Source: an uncultured Clostridia bacterium (lineage in GTDB: Bacteria > Bacillota > Clostridia > Christensenellales > CAG-917). From it: a stretch of DNA of 64,000 bases. The notes beneath the pieces are model-generated. The model did not search any database, was not told the DNA's origin, and saw only the letters and a program-made list of their open reading frames with translations. Location of the stretch: positions 9,543-73,542 of the forward strand of contig CANDBF010000001.1 of the NCBI GenBank assembly GCA_947382865.1. Direction: 5' to 3'. The position numbers were made by a program, and so were the translations under genes. Positions 44,177 through 53,043 of the stretch are shown one piece after another (position 1 is the first letter of the stretch; the number at the start of each line of letters is the position of its first letter).

Positions 44177-44407
44177 ATGATACTTGATAGAGTGAGAGAG
44201 CTTATAGCTCGGCAGATGTGTATAGACGTCGCGAAGGTGCAGGCGAACAGCCGAATAATCGAGGATATAGGCGCGGACAGCTTGGATATCGTCGAGATGC
44301 TTATGACGGTGGAAGAGGAATGGAATCTGATTGTGGACGACGACGATATGCGCGCCTTTACGACGGTCGCAAGCGTCGCGGAGTATATAGAAGACAAAAT
44401 CAAGTGA
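44177..44407 (+). CDS. Acyl carrier protein
   Basis: 76 aa. EDIGADSLDIVEMLMTVEEEW carries the DSLD phosphopantetheine-attachment serine. Confidence 0.85.
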   Translation: MILDRVRELIARQMCIDVAKVQANSRIIEDIGADSLDIVEMLMTVEEEWNLIVDDDDMRAFTTVASVAEYIEDKIK

Positions 44408-44470
44408 GCGTTTTTCATTTAGACGTTTAGATGTACTAAAAATAAATTCTATAATCAAAAAGCCGATTAT

Positions 44471-44496
44471 AAAAACTCCGCGTTTGCGGAGTTTTT
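44471..44496. terminator. Bidirectional intrinsic terminator
   Basis: AAAAACTCCGC-gttt-GCGGAGTTTTT, between the convergent ACP gene (+) and the IDH-like gene (-). Confidence 0.8.
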
Positions 44497-44546
44497 GATT
44501 TGAGCGAGGAAACTGCGTATTGTTTATATTATATAGACAATTTTAT

Positions 44547-45542
44547 TTACATTTTAATAGAGCTTCGGATTTGAAATATTATTTCATCCGCAAGTGCGTC
44601 GGGCTGAATATCGGGATTATTGCCGCGGCGTTTTATTTTGGAAACCGCGTTTTTGATATACTCCGCCGCGGCGGGTAATCCGAATGAGAATTCCAGCATA
44701 TCGGCTATGACCGACAGCGTTGAAAGAGCATATTCGCTTTCCGCCGCCGCGTCCGAGGGACGGGTCTCTGCAAGGCAAGCATATATTCCCGGAGTCGTTT
44801 CGCCGAGATACTCTTCCGTCACAGGTTCGCCGCTTATCGCCGACAGTATTCCGCCGAGACTTTCGCTTATCGCGCTCGGACAGAGTATAACGTCAAAGCA
44901 GTCGGGAGTTGACGCAAGCCGCTTCGCCCCTTGCTCGGGGGAAAGAAAATCTACGTTTACGTACGGATAGTCCTCGTTTATGTCCGTGACGATTTTACGC
45001 CACAAAGAGGATACCGCAAACCTGCTTCCCGTATCGACGAGAGTAATTTTTTGGCGGCTGTTTGTCGCAAGCTCGTAGGCTATGCGGGCGACGCGCTCGA
45101 TTTCAAGTTCGCCGTAGCATTCCGTCGTGTATGCCTCTCTGCCGTAATTCGCGTTTACGCGAAATCCGTTTTCATCGGGACGGAAGCCCCGAAACGCCTC
45201 GCACACTACCATGCGTTCGCCGCCGCATACGTGCGCTTTTCGCACCTTCGCGCAGAGGTTGAGGGATTTGCCGAGATTGCCGAGTATTTGATCGGAATTA
45301 ATGCCGAGCGCGTTGTCGACGTCTGTGGATGAGAGATACAGAACCGCCTGCGCCGCTTTGGCTTTTCCCACGCAGTCGTCGGGAAGTTTTGTGAGTGGAA
45401 TACCGCGTCTTGCTTCGGACAGCGAAATATGCGAAAACGTCGGCTTTGCGTTGAATGCTTCGGCGACAAACGAAAGTACGCGTTCCGTCGCGCGCGGGAT
45501 GCCGTCATAGTAATTGCTTATTGTAAGTATATCTAATATCAT
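44547..45542 (-). CDS. Isocitrate/isopropylmalate dehydrogenase-fold protein with degenerate active-site signature
   Basis: RIAYELATNSRQKITLVDTGSRFAVSSLWRKIVTDINEDYPYVNVDFL...FDVILCP aligns well with the IMDH/IDH core. The N-x-F-G-D-I-x-S-D signature is replaced by SAISESLGGILSA. Confidence 0.55.
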   Translation of the reverse strand: MILDILTISNYYDGIPRATERVLSFVAEAFNAKPTFSHISLSEARRGIPLTKLPDDCVGKAKAAQAVLYLSSTDVDNALGINSDQILGNLGKSLNLCAKVRKAHVCGGERMVVCEAFRGFRPDENGFRVNANYGREAYTTECYGELEIERVARIAYELATNSRQKITLVDTGSRFAVSSLWRKIVTDINEDYPYVNVDFLSPEQGAKRLASTPDCFDVILCPSAISESLGGILSAISGEPVTEEYLGETTPGIYACLAETRPSDAAAESEYALSTLSVIADMLEFSFGLPAAAEYIKNAVSKIKRRGNNPDIQPDALADEIIFQIRSSIKM

Positions 45543-45853
45543 ATTTTCTCCAAAAATATATGTCGGGTATTTTAATTAAAATGCCCCCTCTTTACCTTCG
45601 GCTCCCGCAGTCGCAATGTTTTTGCGTGCCGTAACGAAGTGATGCTTAACGTTTGGAGCAAAATACATATTACATCCGCGCAAGTCGGCAGTCAACGTTT
45701 TGTTATGTAATAATGACGGACGACAAAATTAAGCATTTTCCGCTTGCACTTTTGAATTATGCATGAAAATTTCCAATATTGCATAATAATTGCATAAAAT
45801 ATTGTAAAAATGAGTAAAAATAAAAAAAATTCAAAAATTATGCAAAAAATCAG

Positions 45854-45882
45854 TTGCTTTAATTTTCCCGAAATGCTATATT
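45854..45882 (+). promoter_or_regulatory. Candidate promoter of the amino-acid ABC operon (TTGCTT-17-TATATT)
   Basis: TTGCTT at 45854-45859, a 17-nt spacer, and TATATT at 45877-45882. The -10 element overlaps one copy of the ATTATGCA motif. Confidence 0.4.
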
Positions 45883-45924
45883 ATGCAGGCACTGCGACTT
45901 AGGTTGCCGTACGGAGGAGATAAA

Positions 45925-46788
45925 ATGAAAAAGACGGGTAAATTTTTGATTGTAGCGCTTATGCTTGTCGCCGTAATCGGCGCGTGCTTCGCGTTTACCG
46001 CGTGCAATCAGACAAAAGCGGAAAAGGTGAAAGTGATTGATATAGAGCTTACGGCTGAGGATTATGCTTTTTGTGTGAACAAGAGCAACACGGCGCTTGT
46101 TGAACAGGCGAACGCGTTCCTTGCGCAAATCAAATCGAACGGAACGTTGGAGAATATCATAAACTCGTTCTTCAACGGAAACGCGACGTTTACGTATGAA
46201 AACCCTGCCGGCAAGGACGGGTGCCTCGTAGTCGCGACCAATGCGTATTTCCCGCCTTTCGAGTATTTCAGCGGAAATAAATTCACGGGCGTGGATATGC
46301 AGATTGCAAAGCTGCTTGCCGATTATCTCGGGAAGCCCCTCTATATCGACGATATGGAATTTGAAGCGGTGACGACCAGCGTACAGCAGGGGAAGGCGGA
46401 TATAGGTATGGCGGGTCTTACCGTAACCGAAGAGCGTTTGGAGATTCTCGCTTTTACCGACAGCTATTATTCCTCCGCGCAGGTCATCGTAGTCAAGGAG
46501 AGCGACGCCTTGTTCGACAACTGCCATACAGCCGAGGAAGCAGAGGCGATACTCGCTCAGCAGACTAAATCATACGTAATAGGCGCGCAGAACGGAACGA
46601 CGGGCTTTATGTACTCCGAGGGTAGCGTGGATTACGGCTACGACGGCTTCCCCAATCTTACAACCACCGGCTATACGACGGGCGCGCTTGCCATAAAGGA
46701 TTTGTCAAACGGCAAAATCAATGCCGTTATCATAGATAAGCAACCCGCGATTATGATAAAAGACAGTACCAATTCGCTAGTCAAATAA
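45925..46788 (+). CDS. Polar amino-acid ABC transporter substrate-binding lipoprotein
   Basis: The signal MKKTGKFLIVALMLVAVIGACFAFTAC has a lipobox. VVATNAYFPPFEY and KADIGMAGLTVTEER are family-3 SBP motifs. ATG 45925 follows a GGAGGAG Shine-Dalgarno. Confidence 0.85.
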   Translation: MKKTGKFLIVALMLVAVIGACFAFTACNQTKAEKVKVIDIELTAEDYAFCVNKSNTALVEQANAFLAQIKSNGTLENIINSFFNGNATFTYENPAGKDGCLVVATNAYFPPFEYFSGNKFTGVDMQIAKLLADYLGKPLYIDDMEFEAVTTSVQQGKADIGMAGLTVTEERLEILAFTDSYYSSAQVIVVKESDALFDNCHTAEEAEAILAQQTKSYVIGAQNGTTGFMYSEGSVDYGYDGFPNLTTTGYTTGALAIKDLSNGKINAVIIDKQPAIMIKDSTNSLVK

Positions 46789-46798
46789 GTGAGGAAAA

Positions 46799-47524
46799 AT
46801 GTCGGCTTGGGATATATTCGTAAGGCAGTTCGTTGAACTGCAAGGCTACAAGCTGGTTCTTTCGGGCTTGCTGAACACCGTGATAATCGCGGTGTTCGGT
46901 TTGCTTATCGGATTTGTCATCGGAAGCCTTGTGGCGGTGGTCAAAACGATGCCTACTACAAAAAAGCCTCTCGTTTACGTTTTGCAGAAGATAGGCGATT
47001 TGTACGTGACCGTTTTCCGCGGAACGCCTATGGTTGTGCAGCTGCTCATAATACACTTCGTGCTGTTTCCGCTTATGGGAATCAATTTCAAAAATATCGT
47101 CATATCTGCCGATTTTGTCGTCAACGGAGTCGTGACCGAGGCGGTCATAGCTTTTGCTCTCAACAGCGGCGCGTATATAAGCGAAATTATGCGAGCGGGC
47201 ATTTCGGCGGTGGACAAGGGGCAGTTCAAGGCGGGGCGTGCTCTCGGGCTAAGTTATTCGCGCACTATGATCAGCATAGTGCTTCCGCAGGCGTTCAAAA
47301 ACGTGCTGCCCACTCTCGGGAACGAGTTTATAACCTTGATTAAGGAGACCTCGGTGGCGGGATTTATTACGGTCGTGGATTTGACGAGGGCGTTTCAGGC
47401 TATGGCGAACAGCACGCTCGAATACGTCGTACCCTATCTAGTGCTCGCGGCATTCTATCTTGTGATAGTGATACTCATAACGTTGCTCGTAAAACTTTTG
47501 GAAAAGAGGTTCAGACATGCGTAA
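46799..47524 (+). CDS. Polar amino-acid ABC transporter permease (His/Glu/Gln/Arg/opine family)
   Basis: [13 protein letters not shown] and the EAA-type loop [31 protein letters not shown]. The protein is 241 aa. Confidence 0.85.
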   Translation: MSAWDIFVRQFVELQGYKLVLSGLLNTVIIAVFGLLIGFVIGSLVAVVKTMPTTKKPLVYVLQKIGDLYVTVFRGTPMVVQLLIIHFVLFPLMGINFKNIVISADFVVNGVVTEAVIAFALNSGAYISEIMRAGISAVDKGQFKAGRALGLSYSRTMISIVLPQAFKNVLPTLGNEFITLIKETSVAGFITVVDLTRAFQAMANSTLEYVVPYLVLAAFYLVIVILITLLVKLLEKRFRHA

Positions 47525-48863
47525 GGGAAGATATACGTTCGGCGGCGCGAACGGACAGGAAGAATATACCGATTTCAATCCGACGGAGCAGGCGGCGGAA
47601 AAGGCGACGGAAAAGGCGGACGGCGCGGATTGCAATGCGGAGGCGCTTTGCGACCCGTCGGTCGACGCTTCGGTCGGGGAGGAAAGCGGGAATACGGATA
47701 CGCGTACAGAAACGGAGTCGGAAGCGCACGGCGGCGTAGAGTGCTTAACCGACGAAAATAATAAGACGTCAGCCGCAGAAATTTCGCGTGGAAACGAGGT
47801 CATAAGCATTCGGAATATGACCAAAAAATTCGGCGATTTGCTGGTGCTTGACGATATATCCGAAACTATTTACGAGGGCGAAAAGGTCGTCGTAATAGGT
47901 CCGTCTGGAAGCGGAAAGTCTACGTTTTTACACTGCCTGAACTGTTTAGAGGACCCGACCGCGGGCAAGATATTTTTCGATGGAGTGGATATTGCGGACT
48001 TTAAGGTCAACATCAACGAACAACGTCAGAAGATGGGAATGGTGTTTCAGCATTTCAATCTGTTCAACAATATGACGGTCAAAAAGAATATTATGCTTGC
48101 GCCCGTTCATATCGGTATTTCAAATCTCAGAAAGCTCAAAAGGCGCAACGCCTTTGTGCCGCTTAACAACTTGCTTTTCAAAATGTTCGGAGAAGCGCAC
48201 AATGCGGCGCTTGAAAAAAAGGTGCAATCGTATAAAACGAGAGTTAATAAGCTCAAATCTGAGCTTGAACCCCTGATTTTGGAATGGGAGACCACAAAGG
48301 GCACCAAGGAGGTCGCTGGCAAATCCTTTGCGATTTACGACAAAAAGCTCACCTCGAAAAAGCTCAGACTGACCGATAATATCGAAAAAACGGAGCGAAA
48401 AATAGACCGCGCCAAGCCTATGCGCATGCTTGAAAAACAGCCTGTCGAAACCTCTACTAAGCAGATAAAGCAGGAGGTCTCGGCGCTTGCGGACAGACTG
48501 CTTGCGCGTATAGCCCTAAGCGATAAGGCGGACGTTTATCCGTCCAGCCTAAGCGGCGGGCAGAAGCAAAGGGTGGCTATCGTGCGCGCTCTTGCGATGA
48601 ATCCTAAGGTTATGCTTTTCGACGAGCCTACCTCCGCTCTCGACCCCGAAATGGTCGGGGAGGTGCTCGACCTCATAAAACAGGTCGCAGACGAGGGAAT
48701 GACTATGATTATCGTCACTCACGAGATGGCGTTTGCAAGAGAGGTCGGGACGCGGATACTGTTTATGGCGCAGGGCAAAATACTCGAACAGGGAAAGCCC
48801 GACGAGTTTTTCGACAGCCCTAAGCATCCTCGTCTTAAAGAGTTTTTGAGAAAAGTGCTCTGA
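47517..48863 (+). CDS. Polar amino-acid ABC transporter ATP-binding protein with N-terminal extension and large internal insertion
   Basis: GPSGSGKST (Walker A), MVFQHFNLF (Q-loop), [15 protein letters not shown] (signature), [11 protein letters not shown] (Walker B), and IVTHEM (H-loop). The protein is 448 aa, against about 240-260 aa for typical family members. Confidence 0.85.
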   Translation: MRKGRYTFGGANGQEEYTDFNPTEQAAEKATEKADGADCNAEALCDPSVDASVGEESGNTDTRTETESEAHGGVECLTDENNKTSAAEISRGNEVISIRNMTKKFGDLLVLDDISETIYEGEKVVVIGPSGSGKSTFLHCLNCLEDPTAGKIFFDGVDIADFKVNINEQRQKMGMVFQHFNLFNNMTVKKNIMLAPVHIGISNLRKLKRRNAFVPLNNLLFKMFGEAHNAALEKKVQSYKTRVNKLKSELEPLILEWETTKGTKEVAGKSFAIYDKKLTSKKLRLTDNIEKTERKIDRAKPMRMLEKQPVETSTKQIKQEVSALADRLLARIALSDKADVYPSSLSGGQKQRVAIVRALAMNPKVMLFDEPTSALDPEMVGEVLDLIKQVADEGMTMIIVTHEMAFAREVGTRILFMAQGKILEQGKPDEFFDSPKHPRLKEFLRKVL

Positions 48864-48890
48864 TTTTTTAAGATTTGCGCACATTTATTA

Positions 48891-48921
48891 AAAAATTTGC
48901 GCCGTATCGCGCAAATTTTTT
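48891..48921 (+). terminator. Intrinsic terminator after the amino-acid ABC operon
   Basis: AAAAATTTGCGC-cgtatc-GCGCAAATTTTTT. Confidence 0.75.
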
Positions 48922-48990
48922 CAAATTATTTACAATTTAATATTTAATGCTATAATAATATATACTTAAAAAGATGACGGAGCGTGGCAT

Positions 48991-49965
48991 TTGAAATACG
49001 TCGAACTCGAACAGCATATAAACGACGTGCTCGCGGGCAGAGAAAGGTTTGCCCCTGCGTACGTGGTGTGCGGCGACGACGACTATCTGCGCTCGCGCGC
49101 AATAGCGGCGCTAAGAAGCGTTGTGGACGAGGATTTTGCGGATTTGAATATTTCCCGCTTTTCCGCGGACGACGGGATAGCCGCTACGGTGGACGCGCTT
49201 TATACCTATCCCGTATTCGGGGAGTACAGAGCGGTGACTCTGAGTCTGTCCCAGAAGCTCGCGGAAGCGGACAAGGACGCGCTCAAAGCGTATATCGCCT
49301 CGCCCAGCGAAACGTCGGTGTTCGTGCTCGATTGCGACCCGGAGGTCGCGGCGACGCTCAAAGGCAAGGGCTACGAGCGCGTGGACTGCGCAAAACTTCC
49401 CGAGCCCGAGCTGCGTGAAGTTATCAATAAGCTGTTTGCGCCTACGCATACGATCGACAAGGAAGCCGCGGACGAGCTTATAAGGCGTACGCAGGGCTAT
49501 ATGTCGCGCATAGCGGGCGAGATTGTCAAACTCAAAGATTTTTGCGATGGAAGGGTGAGGCGCGAAGACGTGTCGGCGACGGTCGCGGAGGATATGGATT
49601 TTCAAATATACGCGCTTGCCGACGCCGTGAGCAAAAAGGACGCGGATACCGCTCTTGCCGTGCTCGACGTGTTTTACAAAAACGGGATACGCTCTATGCG
49701 TATAGTCAATCAGCTCTACGACAAGTATCGCAAGATGCTTCACGCCGAGCTTAACAAGGGTCTTGGCAACGACGAGCTGGGCGCTCTGCTTGGGATGAAA
49801 GGCGGCGCGGTGTATCATCTGAGACAGGTGTCGGGAGGGTACTCCCAGATGAGGCTGAAAAAGTGCGTAGACTATCTGCACGGACTGCAATACGACGTGC
49901 TGAGCGGCAGACGCACGGAAAACAGCGCGCTCGGCGAAGCGGTGCTCGAGCTTCTGACATTCTGA
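48991..49965 (+). CDS. holA: DNA polymerase III delta subunit
   Basis: 324 aa. The N-terminal pattern ...APAYVVCGDDDYLRSRAIAALRS... and a C-terminal helical domain (YALADAVSKKDADTALAVL) match HolA. The start codon is TTG. Confidence 0.7.
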   Translation: MKYVELEQHINDVLAGRERFAPAYVVCGDDDYLRSRAIAALRSVVDEDFADLNISRFSADDGIAATVDALYTYPVFGEYRAVTLSLSQKLAEADKDALKAYIASPSETSVFVLDCDPEVAATLKGKGYERVDCAKLPEPELREVINKLFAPTHTIDKEAADELIRRTQGYMSRIAGEIVKLKDFCDGRVRREDVSATVAEDMDFQIYALADAVSKKDADTALAVLDVFYKNGIRSMRIVNQLYDKYRKMLHAELNKGLGNDELGALLGMKGGAVYHLRQVSGGYSQMRLKKCVDYLHGLQYDVLSGRRTENSALGEAVLELLTF

Positions 49966-50018
49966 CTTTTACGACGGGTCGTAAACGGCATACATATCGT
50001 TTTCGGAGGTAATCGCAA

Positions 50019-50897
50019 GTGGCAGGCGATAAGATAGAAAAAAAATATTATGCGGCGGTTTGGGTTGCGCTTATCGTTGCGTGTTTCGTGCGCAACGCGT
50101 ACGGCATTTACGTTTATTGCGCGGGCATAACGGAAATAAGCGCATTGAGAATTGTGACCGCGCTCATTTCCATAGTGTTTTTCGAGGGCGCGGTTCCTGC
50201 GCTTGTCACTTTCCTTTTCGCTTGGATTGTGTGGAGAGTGGGGATTATGAGATATGTCCGCTGTATCTCCCGCAAGGATTTTTGCTGTCTTGTGATGGGC
50301 TTCACCGCGGCTTCGAGATTTTTGGTCGGAATAATCGATATTTTTTCCGTGCTGGAAACGAACGTGCATATATTCGCGAGCGGAGTGCTGGATATAGCCA
50401 CCCTGACGGCGGCGCTGCTGATAATGTTCTTTGCGGTCATAGTGAAATTTTACAGATTCAATCCCGTGGAGAAATACAACTCGTACAAGCTGTGGGCGAC
50501 CGTCTATATGGTCGTAGCGGGACTTGCGGTTGTGGGGCAGAACGGGCTTGTGCTTCTGCTTTCGGACGGCAGCCCCGCAAGCGCGGAAATGCTCAACCTG
50601 CTTTATCAGATGGGATACACTTTGCAGGTGGGATTTACGGACGTGCAGATTGCCGCGAGCATAACGGCAATGTGCGTTTATTTCGTGTATCTTGCGGTCG
50701 TGATTATCCTCGGAGAGCGTCTCAACAAACAGGCGAAGCTCTTCCGCGACCCCGAGACGAGAGGGGATTATTACGAAAAGAACTATGACCGCGGCTACAA
50801 TATGCGCTCGGACGCGGACGCGGTATTCGGAGGTTATGACTCCGAAAAACAGGAACAGGACTCAAAAGACAACGTCTTTGACGAATTCGACATATGA
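50019..50897 (+). CDS. Polytopic membrane protein, unknown function, acidic C-terminal tail
   Basis: 292 aa with about 7-8 hydrophobic segments and no motif I recognise. The tail reads DSEKQEQDSKDNVFDEFDI. The start codon is GTG. Confidence 0.4.
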   Translation: MAGDKIEKKYYAAVWVALIVACFVRNAYGIYVYCAGITEISALRIVTALISIVFFEGAVPALVTFLFAWIVWRVGIMRYVRCISRKDFCCLVMGFTAASRFLVGIIDIFSVLETNVHIFASGVLDIATLTAALLIMFFAVIVKFYRFNPVEKYNSYKLWATVYMVVAGLAVVGQNGLVLLLSDGSPASAEMLNLLYQMGYTLQVGFTDVQIAASITAMCVYFVYLAVVIILGERLNKQAKLFRDPETRGDYYEKNYDRGYNMRSDADAVFGGYDSEKQEQDSKDNVFDEFDI

Positions 50898-50917
50898 AAT
50901 AATTTACGGAGGGAGAT

Positions 50918-51775
50918 ATGCCTTACAATTTCGTTGAGTATTTCAGACATCTCAGCGTTTACGCGCTGATAGACGCGGTGATTTTGCTTGCGGTGCTTGC
51001 GGTGCTTGCGGTATTTTTCATTTACAAGCGCAACGTCAAGATGCTTTTCGTTCTGCTTATTGGCGCGGTGCTCGAGGTGTGCGTAAACGTGCTGTCCGAT
51101 ATACTCGGGGGCAACGCGCTCGAAGTCGCAAAATACATAACGCATTACATAGTCATCTTCGATATAGTCGTGGGGTGCGTGGTCTATCAGAACGATTTGA
51201 AAAACATATTCCAAAAAGCGTCGGGCGCGAGGAAGAACGTAGAGTTGCGCAGTACCGACGACGAACTTCGCGCCGCTACAATGGAAATTCTGACAGCCTG
51301 TCAGGATATGGCGAAAAAGGACGTCGGCGCGATTATCATTCTTGATTCCGCAGGGGATATAAACGAAAGCATATTGGATACCGGTACGAGGCTGGACGCG
51401 GTGCTCTCCGCTCAGTTGTTGGAAAGTATCTTCAATACGAAAGGTCCTCTTCACGACGGAGCGGTTGTTGTAAGAGGCAACAGAATCGTCGCGGCCGGCT
51501 GCTTCCTTACGCTCACGCAGCGCAATGTAAACAAGGAGATGGGCACGCGCCACCGCGCGGCTATCGGCGTCACGGAGGAAACTGACGTGCTATCCATAGT
51601 GGTCAGCGAGGAGACGGGAATTATTTCCGTCGTAAAGCACGGCGAAATCAAGCGCTATATGACTATGGATAAGCTCAACGACGAAATTGAAATCGCATAC
51701 GGCATTTCGCCGAGCGTAATCGCTTCGAGAGAAGGAAAAGCTAAGAGAAAGCTCAAAAATCACAGATTTCTATGA
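50918..51775 (+). CDS. cdaA: Diadenylate cyclase CdaA (DisA_N domain, membrane-anchored)
   Basis: Three N-terminal TM segments, then GAIIILD, PLHDGAVVVRGNRIVAAGC, GTRHRAAIGVTE, and VVSEETGIISV. Confidence 0.85.
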   Translation: MPYNFVEYFRHLSVYALIDAVILLAVLAVLAVFFIYKRNVKMLFVLLIGAVLEVCVNVLSDILGGNALEVAKYITHYIVIFDIVVGCVVYQNDLKNIFQKASGARKNVELRSTDDELRAATMEILTACQDMAKKDVGAIIILDSAGDINESILDTGTRLDAVLSAQLLESIFNTKGPLHDGAVVVRGNRIVAAGCFLTLTQRNVNKEMGTRHRAAIGVTEETDVLSIVVSEETGIISVVKHGEIKRYMTMDKLNDEIEIAYGISPSVIASREGKAKRKLKNHRFL

Positions 51776-52971
51776 AACCTATTTGTCCCGTAAACATTCT
51801 TATTCCGCGCAACGCCGATTTTCCCAAATGGGCGGTTGTCGCCTGCGACCAATTCACCTCCCAGCCCGATTACTGGCAGAGCCTCGACGAATACGTCGGC
51901 GAGGCTCCGAGTACGCTCAGGCTCATCTATCCCGAGGTTTATCTCGGCGAAAGCGACGGCGATAAACGTATATCGGATATCCGCCGAGCTATGAGAGAGT
52001 ATCTTGACGGAGGCATATTCGAGGAGCATGAAAATTGCTGCGTGCTCGTAAAACGCTCAACGACATTCGGGCACGAAAGGCTTGGGCTCGTTATGGGCGT
52101 GGATTTGGAGCAGTACTGCTTCACCCACCCGTCCCATGCGGCGGTGCGTTCCACCGAGGACGTGGTGGCAAGCAGAATTCCGCCGCGCGTGCGTATCCGC
52201 AGGGGCGCGCCGTTGGAGCTTCCGCACGTCATACTGCTTATCGACGACGAGGAAAAGGCGGTAATCGAAAAGCTCGCCGAAACCGAAAGAGAGATTCTCT
52301 ACGATTTCGACCTTAATATGCAGGGCGGTCATATCACGGGCTATAAGGTCGGCGCGGAGGAAATCGACATACTGCTGGACGGATATATTTCGCGTAAGCG
52401 CGATAAGGGCAAAGATTTTTTCGTCGCGGTGGGCGACGGCAACCATTCGCTTGCTTCGGCAAAGGCGTACTGGGAGGAGATAAGGGATGCGCTTTCCGAC
52501 GAGGAGAGGCAGACTCATCCCGCGAGGTTCGCGCTCTGCGAGGTGGAAAATCTTTACGACGAGGGTATAATTTTCGAGCCTATTCATCGCTTCGTTTTCG
52601 GCGCCGATAAAGATTTTGTCGAATATCTCACCTCGAAGCTCGGCGGCGGCGCGCGTATGAGCGTATATCTGAACGGGCAAAGGTTTGAAATCGCCGTTCC
52701 CGAAAACAGCGCGGAGAGCATAAGCGCGGTGCAGAAGGCGATTGAGGATTACGTAGCCTCTCATACGGAGAGTTCTGTGGACTATATACACGGAGAGGAA
52801 AACCTTATGTCCGTCGCTTCGCGCGAAAAGGGAGTCGCGCTCGTTATGCCGTCTATGAAAAAACAGGAGCTCTTCTCGTACGTCGAGACTCACGGCGCGC
52901 TTTGCAAGAAGACCTTTTCTATGGGCGAGGCGCAGGAGAAGAGATATTACGTGGAGGCAAAGCGCATCTGA
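51772..52971 (+). CDS. DUF1015-like protein
   Basis: 399 aa. WAVVACDQFTSQPDYW and VAVGDGNHSLASAKAYW resemble the conserved blocks I associate with DUF1015. The gene overlaps cdaA by 4 nt. Confidence 0.5.
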   Translation: MKPICPVNILIPRNADFPKWAVVACDQFTSQPDYWQSLDEYVGEAPSTLRLIYPEVYLGESDGDKRISDIRRAMREYLDGGIFEEHENCCVLVKRSTTFGHERLGLVMGVDLEQYCFTHPSHAAVRSTEDVVASRIPPRVRIRRGAPLELPHVILLIDDEEKAVIEKLAETEREILYDFDLNMQGGHITGYKVGAEEIDILLDGYISRKRDKGKDFFVAVGDGNHSLASAKAYWEEIRDALSDEERQTHPARFALCEVENLYDEGIIFEPIHRFVFGADKDFVEYLTSKLGGGARMSVYLNGQRFEIAVPENSAESISAVQKAIEDYVASHTESSVDYIHGEENLMSVASREKGVALVMPSMKKQELFSYVETHGALCKKTFSMGEAQEKRYYVEAKRI

Positions 52972-53043
52972 CGTCTGCCGAAAAGTGGCGAAAGTCCGCC
53001 GACGGTAATACAATACAGAAACAGAGCATCGGAGTGTATTATA

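Noticed and set aside
45652-45736. Nested 8-bp inverted repeats (ATGCTTAA/TTAAGCAT and TATTACAT/ATGTAATA) in the 380-bp spacer upstream of the IDH-like gene, considered as a possible structured RNA.
   Set aside because: The stems are short, AT-rich and separated by large unpaired regions. No known RNA family signature is present, and this is plausibly chance in AT-rich DNA.
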